A DNA stretch of 47,532 nt from the NCBI GenBank assembly GCA_016867375.1, contig VGJQ01000003.1, positions 1 to 47,532 on the forward strand, in the 5' to 3' direction. Source of the DNA: Candidatus Kaiserbacteria bacterium (GTDB taxonomy: Bacteria > Patescibacteriota > Minisyncoccia > Phycocordibacterales > UBA2100). Shown piece after piece: positions 1 through 9,462 of the stretch (its first letter is position 1; each line of letters opens with the position of its first letter). The notes below the pieces were generated by a model, which did no database searches, had not been told where the DNA came from, and saw only the letters and a program-made list of their open reading frames with translations. The translations under genes and the position numbers were made by a program.

Positions 1-1
1 C

Positions 2-2116
2 GAACGTGCCACCACTCCCACTTTCTCCAGCAACGGCATGTACCCCTGCAGCGGGTACTGTCTCGCGTACCTCCAAGGCAACGGCACCACCTCTGCATAC
101 ATTCTCGAAGACGATGTAGCAACCGCCACACCTGCTTGCACAGAACACTGCAATTCCAACGTGCTGTTTTTGCCGGGGATTGAGGCGAGTCGGTTGTATG
201 CTACCTCGACCGACTTTCTAGACTTTGAACACGAAAATCAACTGTGGGAGCCGAACGTGAATGCAGATGTCGATAAACTAGCACTCTCAAGTAGTACAGG
301 TGAGAGCCTTAATCCGATTATCTACACAAGTGATGTGATGGATGAGACTACTTTCCCGATCGTTGGATCAAATATCTACAAATCATTTCTCGATGATATG
401 AATAAGCTTGTCATTCAAGAAACTATCCGTAGTTTCAAACCCCTTCCTTACGATTGGCGTATGGATGTGCGAGATGTGGTACGCAATCCCATCAAAACGA
501 GATCAAGCCATTACTCTATGGTCGAGGAAGTCGAGAAGTCAGCTCATAACTCAAGAACTGGCAAGGTAACCATCGTTGCACATTCAATGGGCGGGCTCGT
601 TGCCAAGGCTCTTTTAGACGAACTTGAGATACGTGGTGAAGCAGATTTAGTGGATAAGGTGATCTTTGTGGCAACGCCGCAGTTGGGTACACCACAGGGG
701 GTGCTGACAATGCTGCACGGCGAGTCATTTGGGTATGGATATATTCGTGCATCCAATGTCCGTGAAGTTGCTGAAAACATGAAAAGCGGCTATGAACTAC
801 TGCCTTCGCTCGATTATTTTGCTGCACTCGGCACGGATACTGATCCTATCATCGAATTCAGCACCACGACATCGCTTACCCTTTCATATCGCGAAGCATA
901 TGGTGGCAGTATTTCCACGTATTCAGTGCTCCGCCGCTTTCTGCTCGGGCAGGGCGATGGTCGTGATGAGCCGGCGTCAAACGACGTGAACACACCCAAC
1001 AAGCTTAAAGAGTCTTTCATGCTCAATGCTGAGGATTGGCACAGTATGCATGGATCATCGTGGACGCCGCCCGACGGTATACAAGTCATCAATGTCGTCG
1101 GATGGGGGATACCCACACTTCGCGGTATTCGCTACAACGAGGCTCACGGAACGATAGATCCACAACCGCTTGGCTTGGATGACACGAAGATGATCGAGGG
1201 GGATGGCACAGTGATATATCCATCGGCAAAAGCCGCATTGGGGGCGATTTATTGGGTGAATATCAAAGCTCATAATATCGGTCTCAGGAAAAATAGGGAA
1301 CACAAAGACATTCTCGAAATAAGTTCTCTTCGCACACTACTCACCAACATCATCACTGAATCCGATACCGCACTTCCAGAATTTGTCTCATATACCAAGC
1401 CAACGACCGAAGCCGCAACAGCACTCAACATCGGCGTGCACTCGCCGGTTGTATTGCACCTATACGATAGCGTGGGGCATCACACCGGGCCGATATCGAA
1501 TCCAGACCCAGAATCTGATCTCGATCTCGACGAAGAACAAATCCCGAACAGTTACTACTGGCGCATCGGCGAAGGACAATATGCAGGCACGGATATGGCC
1601 ACCTCGACGACAGTCACTCTCAAGGGTACGGATGTGGGCACGTTTGATATAGACATTCACACCGTCGTCGGCGGTACATCATCGATGACCATCTTTTCGG
1701 ATATTCCAGTCACCGCAAGCACGACCGCAACACTTAAAGTCAGTGGAAACGCATCCCCATCGCTCGCTGTAGATATCAACAGCGACGGTACCGTAGATGC
1801 TACAATTGCTCCAGGGAAGGGTATTACCGCGGAAGAACTCGTGTCGCTTCTGCGCGGCCTTGCGGATTCTCTGAATCTTCCAGCTAAACAGGACAAAAAG
1901 CTCGACAAAAAGATCGCGAAACTTCAAAAAGTCCTCAACAAGGAGTACAAGAGTGAGAAGAATGAGAAACGCAAGCTCTCAAATGCGATTGATACGATCA
2001 TATCTCGTATCATCAAATGGGAGCAGAAAGGCATTTTGACCAATGATGAGGCGGCATCGCTCATTGCGATACTTGAGCAGATGCAAATAGTAAAGATATT
2101 AGCAACTAATCAATGA
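2..2116 (+). CDS. alpha/beta hydrolase, LCAT/lipase-like, 5'-partial, with Lys/Glu-rich coiled-coil tail
   Basis: Nucleophile elbow VAHSMGGLV and an LFLPGIEASRLY strand. The frame has no stop between nt 2 and the ATG at 38, so it probably continues upstream of the window. Confidence 0.6.
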   Translation, partial: ERATTPTFSSNGMYPCSGYCLAYLQGNGTTSAYILEDDVATATPACTEHCNSNVLFLPGIEASRLYATSTDFLDFEHENQLWEPNVNADVDKLALSSSTGESLNPIIYTSDVMDETTFPIVGSNIYKSFLDDMNKLVIQETIRSFKPLPYDWRMDVRDVVRNPIKTRSSHYSMVEEVEKSAHNSRTGKVTIVAHSMGGLVAKALLDELEIRGEADLVDKVIFVATPQLGTPQGVLTMLHGESFGYGYIRASNVREVAENMKSGYELLPSLDYFAALGTDTDPIIEFSTTTSLTLSYREAYGGSISTYSVLRRFLLGQGDGRDEPASNDVNTPNKLKESFMLNAEDWHSMHGSSWTPPDGIQVINVVGWGIPTLRGIRYNEAHGTIDPQPLGLDDTKMIEGDGTVIYPSAKAALGAIYWVNIKAHNIGLRKNREHKDILEISSLRTLLTNIITESDTALPEFVSYTKPTTEAATALNIGVHSPVVLHLYDSVGHHTGPISNPDPESDLDLDEEQIPNSYYWRIGEGQYAGTDMATSTTVTLKGTDVGTFDIDIHTVVGGTSSMTIFSDIPVTASTTATLKVSGNASPSLAVDINSDGTVDATIAPGKGITAEELVSLLRGLADSLNLPAKQDKKLDKKIAKLQKVLNKEYKSEKNEKRKLSNAIDTIISRIIKWEQKGILTNDEAASLIAILEQMQIVKILATNQ

Positions 2117-2120
2117 GAGT

Positions 2121-2522
2121 ATGGACATACATAAGAGAATCGCATGGGGACTTATGGGGTCTTATACCGTATGTGCAGCCATTTTCTACATCTCGCTGTA
2201 CAGGTATTGTCGGATTATCGCGGAATACAGTTTGGGATGGTGCAATGTATACAATGTTCAGATGGTCCTTTATTCGTTAGGTGCTTTATTTTGTGTGACG
2301 CTACCCTTAGTGTTTTCGAATAAGAGATTATTTACTGTGTGGTCGTGGTTCATGACCGTTTCAGTGCCGCTTCTTTTACTAAACATCTTCCTATCAATAT
2401 CTGGTCACCCTTTGGGCTTGACGTATCCTTTCATTATATTATTGCTGATCGCTTTTGTTTTGACTGGCTACATCGTCATGTTTGGTGCATGGCTGTGGGA
2501 CAGAAAGATAAATAAAACATAA
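2121..2522 (+). CDS. hypothetical multi-pass membrane protein
   Basis: 133-aa ORF with about 4 hydrophobic segments, starting 5 nt after the upstream stop. Lower GC than its neighbours. Confidence 0.5.
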   Translation: MDIHKRIAWGLMGSYTVCAAIFYISLYRYCRIIAEYSLGWCNVYNVQMVLYSLGALFCVTLPLVFSNKRLFTVWSWFMTVSVPLLLLNIFLSISGHPLGLTYPFIILLLIAFVLTGYIVMFGAWLWDRKINKT

Positions 2523-2806
2523 TCAAAATTCTATGTTTAGTAAGAACATACTGTTAGTGATGACGTTTCTGTCAGGGCTTTGGTGGTTTTTTGGATGATT
2601 GATGGATTTGGCTATCTGGGAACACATCAACAAGATGCGCAAACGCATGCGATAATGAGTAATGTGAAGCTTCTTATCTTTTTGGCATTTTATGTTGCAT
2701 GGCGAGTGACCCCTGAATCTAAAAATCAATAACTCTCGCGCACCACATCTGGGAGTGGAAGGGAACGCAGGAGCATGTCGCCAGATAATCTTTTGAGATA
2801 AACATC

Positions 2807-3286
2807 ATGGGATTTTTTAGCAACATATTCGGGGGTCGCAAAAAGCTCAATGTCAGCATTGACATCAGTGGTATTGAACTTAGCGCGGAACAAAAGGCGT
2901 TGTTCGACAAAATCGAGAATACGAAAGAGCGCATGTTCATAACCGGCAAAGCCGGAACTGGTAAATCGGTGCTTTTGCAATATTTCCGCGCCAATACAAA
3001 AAAGCAGACGGTCGTTTGTGCGTTCACTGGTGTTGCCGCGCTCAATGTCGGCGGACAGACAATAAATTCACTTTTTAAAATTCCGCCAGGATTTATTCAT
3101 CTTGACCGGCTAACGCTCAGTCAAAAGACGGCAACGCTCTTGCGCCATATTAATACGGTTGTGATTGATGAAGTTTCAATGGTTCGCGCGGACATGATGG
3201 ATGCGATAGATGTTCTGTTGCGTAAAGCACGAGGCAACGACATTCCGTTCGGCGGTGTACAAATCGTGATGTTCGGGGATTTATGA
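2807..3286 (+). pseudogene. Pif1/RecD-family helicase, N-terminal fragment only
   Basis: Walker A GKAGTGKS and Walker B VVIDEVSM. It ends at MFGDL just before the expected QLPPV motif. The stop abuts a 25-nt palindrome, and no C-terminal half is found in any frame downstream. Confidence 0.75.
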
Positions 3287-3310
3287 TTGTCGAGGTCAGA
3301 CCTCGACAAT
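3286..3310. repeat. perfect 25-nt palindrome P1 (attgtcgaggtc-a-gacctcgacaat)
   Basis: Read directly: 12-nt arms around a 1-nt centre. The 21-nt core at 3288-3308 is identical to 4320-4340. Confidence 0.95.
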
Positions 3311-3343
3311 ACCGCCACGCTTTTCACACTCATCTCCCTTATA

Positions 3344-3446
3344 ATCATCACCTGGAAATATCTCGCTACGAGGAAGCTGTCGAAGTAGATACCACGGACT
3401 CGCCACGACAACCATCACCGCACGCGATGAAGCGGGCAATACCACG
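3344..3446 (+). repeat. 103-bp exact direct repeat, copy 1 (copy 2 at 4197-4299)
   Basis: Base-for-base identical on manual comparison. Weaker homology extends over 3311-3464 versus 4164-4317. The repeat covers the last codons of a membrane-protein gene (..ITWKYLATRKLSK*) plus downstream sequence. Confidence 0.9.
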
Positions 3447-3804
3447 GCCCTCGTCTACACCGAGAAGCTTCCATCTCCCGACAGGAGAGACACTATCACT
3501 TTACTAGAGATCGCCTACAACGGCGCGACCACGACGCTCGATGCCTCCCTATCATACAAGTGGCGTCAAAACAAAGACGGCGCGTACAAGCTCTTCGTCT
3601 CGCATATCAAGACCAATGCGACGACTACAGAATCCCACTATCGACCCAAGAAAGATGTGACGGTCATGATAACCAAGCCTCAAGAGCTCGATGACTCTGA
3701 AAATGATGACGACTCGTATATCCGACCAACCAAGCTGACACTGCCGGGAATGGTGGTACCATATATACGAACGGAGGCGGGAAATATAATTATTGAATAT
3801 TAAA
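3345..3804 (+). pseudogene. 5'-truncated ORF (C-terminal part of a probable surface protein)
   Basis: Open frame SSPGNISLRG..TITARDEAGNTTALVYTEK...IIEY* with no start codon. Its first 34 codons recur at 4198-4299, where an ATG lies upstream at 4159 in the same frame. TITARDEAGNT resembles Ig-like surface-repeat motifs. Confidence 0.45.
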
Positions 3805-3806
3805 CT

Positions 3807-4241
3807 ATGCTTATACCTAGCAAACGAACACTTTTAGTTTCTTCAGGTGTGTTGAGTGCGGTAATTTTTGTATGGAATTATGTCGGCAACTATCGTATTT
3901 GTGACTTCCTCCTTACTGAAGGCTCTAGTGGAGGTTGTCCCACAATATTGACCGTGGTTGGAGTTTGTTTGTTACCCATTATTCCGTTATTCTTTTTCTC
4001 TCTCATCACCTACAAAATGCGTGATGTGGTCACTCAAGCTTGGATGCGCTTCGCGCTCGTGTGGATCCCACTCTCGATCGTCCTCGCCGCACTGACGCCG
4101 GATTCTCCTGCAGGAGGTTTCGGTCCACAGATAAGTCTCGGCAAAGGGGATACGGTGTTTGTCATGTCACTCCTTTTCGTCCTCATCTCACTCACCATCA
4201 TCACCTGGAAATATCTCGCTACGAGGAAGCTGTCGAAGTAG
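3807..4241 (+). CDS. hypothetical membrane protein
   Basis: 144-aa ORF with about 4 TM segments. Its 3' end is duplicated as an orphan fragment at 3311-3385. Confidence 0.6.
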   Translation: MLIPSKRTLLVSSGVLSAVIFVWNYVGNYRICDFLLTEGSSGGCPTILTVVGVCLLPIIPLFFFSLITYKMRDVVTQAWMRFALVWIPLSIVLAALTPDSPAGGFGPQISLGKGDTVFVMSLLFVLISLTIITWKYLATRKLSK

Positions 4242-4299
4242 ATACCACGGACTCGCCACGACAACCATCACCGCACGCGATGAAGCGGGCAATACCACG
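4197..4299 (+). repeat. 103-bp exact direct repeat, copy 2
   Basis: Identical to 3344-3446. Confidence 0.9.
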
Positions 4300-4315
4300 A
4301 TCCTCATTTATACCG

Positions 4316-4344
4316 ATACTGTCGAGGTCAGACCTCGACAGTAT
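4316..4344. repeat. perfect 29-nt palindrome P2 (atactgtcgaggtc-a-gacctcgacagtat)
   Basis: 14-nt arms around a 1-nt centre. It has the same 21-nt core as P1 but different outer arm bases that are still self-complementary. Confidence 0.95.
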
Positions 4345-4396
4345 GTTGGAATCGTCATCGATTTGGGTTTCTTCTTGCGTTGGAGAATACTTCTTC

Positions 4397-4425
4397 TTGG
4401 AAAAATCATATGTACAAGCTAGAAT
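4397..4425 (+). promoter_or_regulatory. sigma70-like promoter TTGGAA-17-TAGAAT
   Basis: Hexamers with a 17-nt spacer. The -10 ends 6 nt before the ATG at 4432, so the transcript would be leaderless. Confidence 0.4.
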
Positions 4426-4431
4426 GTTCAC

Positions 4432-4611
4432 ATGAGCACAGACCGCAGTAAAAACAAAGATGGTCAATTCGCCGCAAAGCGTTTTGATACTAAAATTTCC
4501 ACCATAGAAAAACAATATGGTGTCGATTTGGGTGTGCGTGGCGACATGAAACTCGGCAATTATCTTAAAGATAAGGGTTACCCTTCACTTTCCAAGATGC
4601 TCAAAAAATAG
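4432..4611 (+). CDS. small basic protein, 59 aa (below the ORF-track cutoff)
   Basis: Manual translation MSTDRSKNKDGQFAAKRFDTKISTIEKQYGVDLGVRGDMKLGNYLKDKGYPSLSKMLKK*. It lies 6 nt upstream of the next ORF. Confidence 0.5.
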   Translation: MSTDRSKNKDGQFAAKRFDTKISTIEKQYGVDLGVRGDMKLGNYLKDKGYPSLSKMLKK

Positions 4612-4617
4612 GCGTTT

Positions 4618-5133
4618 ATGGCGGGGTCAAATTTTCCTTTCATTACGGATCCTATATTACGCCAGAATCTAGACGATGCGTTTCAGCATATAGTCGTGCT
4701 CATTCCCTTTTCCGAGTCTGCGACGTATAACGACGCCGCTAAGAATAGCTTTCGGAAGACAATAATCATCTACACGGCCTCCATCATCGAGGCCCTACTA
4801 TTTCATCTTGTTGATAAGAAATTGAATGAGCAAGATTTAGTGGATATATGCTGGGAGCTTACAAATAAACAAGTGTTGTATGACGTGAGTGATTCACATC
4901 AAATCGTTGCGGGAGACTGGAAACAAAAAATAACAGCTACAAAGAAGGATAAGCTCAATCTCGGCGGTATTAATTCTCTGCTTAAAAGCAAAAAGATTAT
5001 CGGAAACGTTTTGTATGACAAAGTAGATTTGGTAAGAAAGCTGCGGAATAGCCAGCATATCGGCCCGCACACCTCCATAAAATCTTTTCCAAAGTGGATA
5101 TCGAACAGGCATTCTCGGTCGCTAGCGACGTAA
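4618..5133 (+). CDS. hypothetical protein, possibly HEPN-like
   Basis: 171-aa helical-looking ORF with RKLRNSQH, an Rx6H spacing compatible with the HEPN Rx4-6H motif. The assignment is weak. Confidence 0.4.
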   Translation: MAGSNFPFITDPILRQNLDDAFQHIVVLIPFSESATYNDAAKNSFRKTIIIYTASIIEALLFHLVDKKLNEQDLVDICWELTNKQVLYDVSDSHQIVAGDWKQKITATKKDKLNLGGINSLLKSKKIIGNVLYDKVDLVRKLRNSQHIGPHTSIKSFPKWISNRHSRSLAT

Positions 5134-5337
5134 AAAAGTTCGTAGCAGCACGGATTGTATAGGATTTGTAAGGTAAGGAACGATTTGTCGCCTTGCGGCG
5201 GAATAAAGGAGACAGGCATATTTGATGCAAAGCGCACTTGCAATAAATCTGCTGATCTTGGTGTATACTATATTTGATAAACCCGCATCAGACCCCGATG
5301 CGGGTTTATCATATACATGCTATCTTCATGATGACGT

Positions 5338-5733
5338 ATGCGATATCTTGGCATAGACTACGGCGAAAAGAGGATAGGACTCGCACTCTCTGATATGGGT
5401 GGGCTGATCGCATCTCCTCATTCTATGGTGTCCAACGATTCCAAAGCGTTGGCGTATATCACGAGCCTCATTCGAGATGAGGGTGTCGAGCGTTTGGTGA
5501 TGGGGGATACGCGCGCGGTCGGAGGATCCATCAACATGGTAACGCCCGACGCAGAGCGTTTTGCCCAAGCGCTTACCAGGGTGAGCGGTATTCCCGTCGA
5601 TCTTGCGTACGAGGGATGGAGTTCGTTTGAGGCGGCGCGCTATGCGCCGGGGGATCTGCATGATGACTCCGTCGCCGCTGCGGTCATCTTGCAACGATTT
5701 ATCGACATGACATCTGGTGATACAGTAGAATAA
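5338..5733 (+). CDS. ruvX: Holliday-junction resolvase-like nuclease RuvX/YqgF
   Basis: The N-terminus MRYLGIDYGEKRIGLALSD is typical of the YqgF family. Confidence 0.85.
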   Translation: MRYLGIDYGEKRIGLALSDMGGLIASPHSMVSNDSKALAYITSLIRDEGVERLVMGDTRAVGGSINMVTPDAERFAQALTRVSGIPVDLAYEGWSSFEAARYAPGDLHDDSVAAAVILQRFIDMTSGDTVE

Positions 5734-5738
5734 ATACT

Positions 5739-6074
5739 ATGAAAGACATCATCCAATACGAAGATTTTGCCAAGCTTGATATCCGTATCGGGACTATTAA
5801 AGCAGTGGAGCCGGTTCCGGACACTGATAAGCTACTCAAGTGTACGATCGATTTTGGCGAGGAATTGGGAGAGCGGACGATCGTGTCTGGTATTGCACAG
5901 TGGAAGTCTCCGACGGATATGATCGGCAAACAGTGTCCCTACATCGTCAATCTCGCACCGCGTATGCTGCGCGGTGTGGAAAGCGCGGGGATGTTGCTTG
6001 CCGGTACCGACGCACAGGGCGTAGCCTTTTTGCATCCGGAAAGGGAAGTCCCTCCCGGCACTGCACTTAGTTAG
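5739..6074 (+). CDS. stand-alone tRNA-binding (EMAP/CsaA/Trbp111-like) domain protein
   Basis: FAKLDIRIGTI..VEPVPDTDKLLKCTIDFGE...IVSGIA matches the OB-fold domain usually fused to the MetRS C-terminus. Confidence 0.8.
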   Translation: MKDIIQYEDFAKLDIRIGTIKAVEPVPDTDKLLKCTIDFGEELGERTIVSGIAQWKSPTDMIGKQCPYIVNLAPRMLRGVESAGMLLAGTDAQGVAFLHPEREVPPGTALS

Positions 6075-6122
6075 ACCACCTATACACAAAGCAGGTACGT
6101 CTAGGGTGGTATAATACATAGC

Positions 6123-7250
6123 ATGTCCGCCACCAAATCGGATAGCATCAATCGCGCGCGTCGCTCCCTTGTCGATACGCTGACGAGTGCTTTTCCCCCG
6201 CCTACATCCCTTGATATGCAGGCGGCTGGGATCGATATATCCGATGGGTCAATACGGTGGGTCGTCCTTGAAGGTGAGCGCGGCTCTGCGCGCGTGCGCC
6301 ATTTTGGCGAGCGCGAGCTTTCTCCCGGTATTGTGGTGAAAGGTATGGTCCAGGATGTGCCAGCACTTGCAGAGGTCTTGCGAGAGATCAAAAAGGAGCT
6401 TGGCGGGATCATATACGCGCATGCGGCGCTGCCTGAAGAAAATGCCTATGTCTTTGATATGTATGTGCCCGAAGGTCAATCCCGGGAGGAGATCATGCGC
6501 GTGATCGAATTCGAATTTGCGGACCGTGTACCGATCCCGCCGGCATCTGCCGTGTATGACTACGATATCGTAACCCCCCGTGATGGGGACGCGGGCATGG
6601 AGATTTCTGTTTCGGTATTTCCGCGTGAAGCGGCGGAGAAGTATGTGGAAGCGTTCAAACATGCCGGCCTCGTACTTCTCTCTTTGGAGATTGAGGCACA
6701 TTCGATCGCGCGCGTCATCACTACGGGAAAAGAGGGGAATCATGTCACCCTCCTCGTCGACTTCGGGCGCACGCGGACTGGTTTTGCCGTGCTCAAGAAT
6801 GGTATTCCTATTTTTACCTCCACCGTGGAGATAGGTGGCGAAGGTGCCACGCAAGGTCTTGCAAAGGAGCTCGGATTGTCCAAAGAAGAACTCGATAAAT
6901 TCAAAGACGAAGAAGGTCTGCGTGCAAAGCCGGGGTCGCCCGGTCTCGAAGTGCTTTCCGGGACGGCTTCCGCGTTTGCCGATGAGGTCGCGCGCCACTT
7001 TCACTACTGGGATACGCGTCGCGATCCGCAGACGGATCATGTCACGCATGTCGATCGTGTCGTAATGGTGGGTGGGGGAGCAAATCTCAAAGGCATTACC
7101 GATTTCATCGCGCGTCGCGTCCATGCCCATACCGACCGCGGAGACATATGGACCAATGTATGCTCATTCGACGAATACATCCCGCCGATCGATTATCGTA
7201 CCGCTTTGCAGTATGCGACCGCGGTCGGGCTTGCGCTGCGCGCGCTATAA
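6123..7250 (+). CDS. pilM: type IV pilus assembly ATPase-fold protein PilM
   Basis: 375-aa actin-like fold protein, followed by PilN-like and PilO-like genes. Confidence 0.75.
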   Translation: MSATKSDSINRARRSLVDTLTSAFPPPTSLDMQAAGIDISDGSIRWVVLEGERGSARVRHFGERELSPGIVVKGMVQDVPALAEVLREIKKELGGIIYAHAALPEENAYVFDMYVPEGQSREEIMRVIEFEFADRVPIPPASAVYDYDIVTPRDGDAGMEISVSVFPREAAEKYVEAFKHAGLVLLSLEIEAHSIARVITTGKEGNHVTLLVDFGRTRTGFAVLKNGIPIFTSTVEIGGEGATQGLAKELGLSKEELDKFKDEEGLRAKPGSPGLEVLSGTASAFADEVARHFHYWDTRRDPQTDHVTHVDRVVMVGGGANLKGITDFIARRVHAHTDRGDIWTNVCSFDEYIPPIDYRTALQYATAVGLALRAL

Positions 7251-7266
7251 GTACTGAGACTACACT

Positions 7267-7791
7267 ATGTCCAATCTTCTCCCCATACCTGCCGAACAAG
7301 AACTGCTCCGTGCATTTCGTATGCAGCTTTTGTTGCTCGCCTCGCTTTTTCTCATCGGTGTGGGGATTATCGCGGGGGTGATTTTGGTGCCAAGCTCTAT
7401 CATCGTGAAAAAGAATCGCGCTTCGCTCGAAAGTGGCATCGCCGCTCTCAATGCTTCCACGACAGACTCAGTCGATATGGAATTATTGTCGCATATGCGG
7501 ATGCGCATGGATGTGCTTGCGCCGCTTGTACTTGCTACGACGACCCCGTCTGAGATGATCCAGACTGTGCTCGCTTTTGAACATTCGGGTATATCGATCA
7601 GTCGTATCGCATACAATAAAGACAAAGTTGCGACCATCATTCTTTCAGGTTCAGCGGTGTCGAGTGAGAGCATCAGTGCATTCCAGCGGACTCTTCTCTC
7701 GTCTGGGACATATGCCAAAGTCTCGGTGCCTGTCGGTGCTTTGGCGGGTGTCGATAACGACCGCTTCAACATCACGATCACCGGAAAATAA
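7267..7791 (+). CDS. pilN: PilN-like pilus assembly protein
   Basis: N-terminal SNLLP motif, a single TM segment, and position after pilM. Confidence 0.65.
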   Translation: MSNLLPIPAEQELLRAFRMQLLLLASLFLIGVGIIAGVILVPSSIIVKKNRASLESGIAALNASTTDSVDMELLSHMRMRMDVLAPLVLATTTPSEMIQTVLAFEHSGISISRIAYNKDKVATIILSGSAVSSESISAFQRTLLSSGTYAKVSVPVGALAGVDNDRFNITITGK

Positions 7792-7793
7792 CT

Positions 7794-8342
7794 ATGAATA
7801 AACCCATCTCCACATATCTCGCATACGGAAGCTTCGCGGTGGCTGTCGCGGTGTGGGCGGCAGTCGGTTATTTTGGCTCTACGGTACAGGGCGAACAGTC
7901 CGCATATCTGGGCCGGATTATTGAGGCGGGAGAGCAGGCACAGAAGGTGGCGGCGAATGCGCGCCTGCATGTGCTCGCGACAAATCACAAAGACAATGCC
8001 TTGCGCATCGATGCATACATGGCACCCGATGCTTCCATGATCATCGATAGCATCAAGTCGGTCGGCACGGCAGCGGGAGTGCCGGTGAAAATCAGCAGCG
8101 CACTTCCCGGGGTGGTACCCAAGAATCAGAAAAATCTCCATGCCGTCGTGTTTCTCATCGAAAGCACGGGTAGTTTGGATTCGCTCATGCGCGCGCTCGC
8201 TTTGTTTGATGCGCTCCCCCTGCCTTCGTCGGTCGAGTCTGTCGACTTGTCGGAGGAAGAAAATCAATCCGGACGAACGGCAAAAACCTGGCGTATGAAT
8301 GCAAGAATTCGGGTCTTTACCACGGAAGCGGTGTCATCATAA
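7794..8342 (+). CDS. PilO-like pilus assembly protein
   Basis: Single N-terminal TM segment. Called from its position in the pilMNO-like operon. Confidence 0.45.
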   Translation: MNKPISTYLAYGSFAVAVAVWAAVGYFGSTVQGEQSAYLGRIIEAGEQAQKVAANARLHVLATNHKDNALRIDAYMAPDASMIIDSIKSVGTAAGVPVKISSALPGVVPKNQKNLHAVVFLIESTGSLDSLMRALALFDALPLPSSVESVDLSEEENQSGRTAKTWRMNARIRVFTTEAVSS

Positions 8343-8352
8343 TACATAGAAT

Positions 8353-8670
8353 ATGAACATTTCTCGGTATACAAAAATCCTGCATTCGAATTCGTTTCAG
8401 CCCGAAGAGTTGCGTCTGACGCTCGTGCTGTATTGGCGTATGTTGCTCGGGTCAGTTTTGACGATCATCATCATCGTATTTGCATATGGAGGGTGGCAAC
8501 TTTTCGAGGTCATGGAAAATGCCGATATCTTATCTTCGGATGTTTCGGCCGATTCGCATAATGCACCGATAAAAAATGAGGATGTGAACGCGCTCGTGAA
8601 AGCGATTTCGTCGCGCCAGGAGCATTTTGACCGCTCTACGCCGGATGTCGCCACGGACCCTGCGCGGTAG
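8353..8670 (+). CDS. hypothetical single-pass membrane protein, last gene of the pilus cluster
   Basis: 105-aa ORF with one TM segment, in the same operon spacing. Confidence 0.45.
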   Translation: MNISRYTKILHSNSFQPEELRLTLVLYWRMLLGSVLTIIIIVFAYGGWQLFEVMENADILSSDVSADSHNAPIKNEDVNALVKAISSRQEHFDRSTPDVATDPAR

Positions 8671-8710
8671 CGTTGACCGCGGGCGGTCGGGCGCATACGA
8701 TAGGGGAATT

Positions 8711-8782
8711 GCCTCTGTAGCTCAATGGATAGAGCCGCGGACTTCTAAGCCGTTGATGTAGGTTCGATTCCTACCGGAGGCA
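8711..8782 (+). tRNA. tRNA-Arg (anticodon TCT)
   Basis: Hand-folded cloverleaf. Acceptor gcctctg/cggaggc, T-arm gtagg-ttcgatt-cctac, anticodon loop cttctaa. The 31:39 pair is an A-G mismatch. No CCA is encoded. Confidence 0.8.
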
Positions 8783-8792
8783 CAAAATGAGG

Positions 8793-8865
8793 TGGGCAGT
8801 ACAGGACTCGGACCTGTGACCCTCTCGGTGTAAACGAGATGCTCTACCAACTGAGCTAACTGCCC
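8793..8865 (-). tRNA. tRNA-Val (anticodon TAC)
   Basis: The reverse complement folds as gggcagt..gctc-agttggt-agagc..tctcg-tttacac-cgaga..acagg-tccgagt-cctgt-actgccc-a. Confidence 0.85.
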
Positions 8866-8931
8866 TTAAGGGGCATCATAGCCGAAATAGTTGCCTCTGG
8901 AAAGCTTAAATGCTATAGTGCCCGTCACTGT

Positions 8932-9381
8932 ATGGAAAAGGCAATCAAGGTATCGGTAGTCGATATGGAGGCGCGTCAGGCGCTCGGGATTCGCCCGGGT
9001 GATACTGTCCGTGTCTCTCAGAAGATCGAGGAAAAGGGCAAATACCGCCTCCAGGCGTTTGAGGGTCTTGTATTGGCCGTCAAGCATGGCTCAGAGGCTG
9101 GAGGCACCTTCACGGTCCGCCGTGTCGCTTCTGGGGTCGGGGTAGAGAAGATCTTCCCGATCTACAGCCCCATGATCGATAGTATCCAGATCGTCAAGCG
9201 TGCGACCGTCCGTCGCGCCAAGCTCTACTACATCCGCGAGAAGGTCTCACGCGAAGCGCGCCGCCTCTTGCGTCGCACCCGCATGATGGGTGCCACGACG
9301 GCCGACTTTGAAAAGGGTGCAGAGCCCGAGGTGTCTGCGGTCGAAACCGCCGACGTCGTCGCTGCCGAGCAGGCGGAATAG
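8932..9381 (+). CDS. rplS: ribosomal protein L19 with acidic C-terminal extension
   Basis: GDTVRVSQKIEEKGKYRLQAFEGLVLAVKH..FTVRR is an L19 signature. A TTGCCT-17-TATAGT promoter lies upstream. Confidence 0.9.
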   Translation: MEKAIKVSVVDMEARQALGIRPGDTVRVSQKIEEKGKYRLQAFEGLVLAVKHGSEAGGTFTVRRVASGVGVEKIFPIYSPMIDSIQIVKRATVRRAKLYYIREKVSREARRLLRRTRMMGATTADFEKGAEPEVSAVETADVVAAEQAE

Positions 9382-9462
9382 AACAAACAGTCCCCACAAG
9401 GGGATTTTTTGTTTTTAAAATTGGTAGACGCTATTACCTTGAGAATATGATAGTATTACTGC

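Noticed and set aside
6249-8267. 293-aa and 335-aa minus-strand ORFs
   Set aside because: They lie antisense to the pilM/pilN/pilO-like operon. Their composition is Arg-rich and shadow-like, whereas the plus-strand genes have recognisable features and tight operon spacing.
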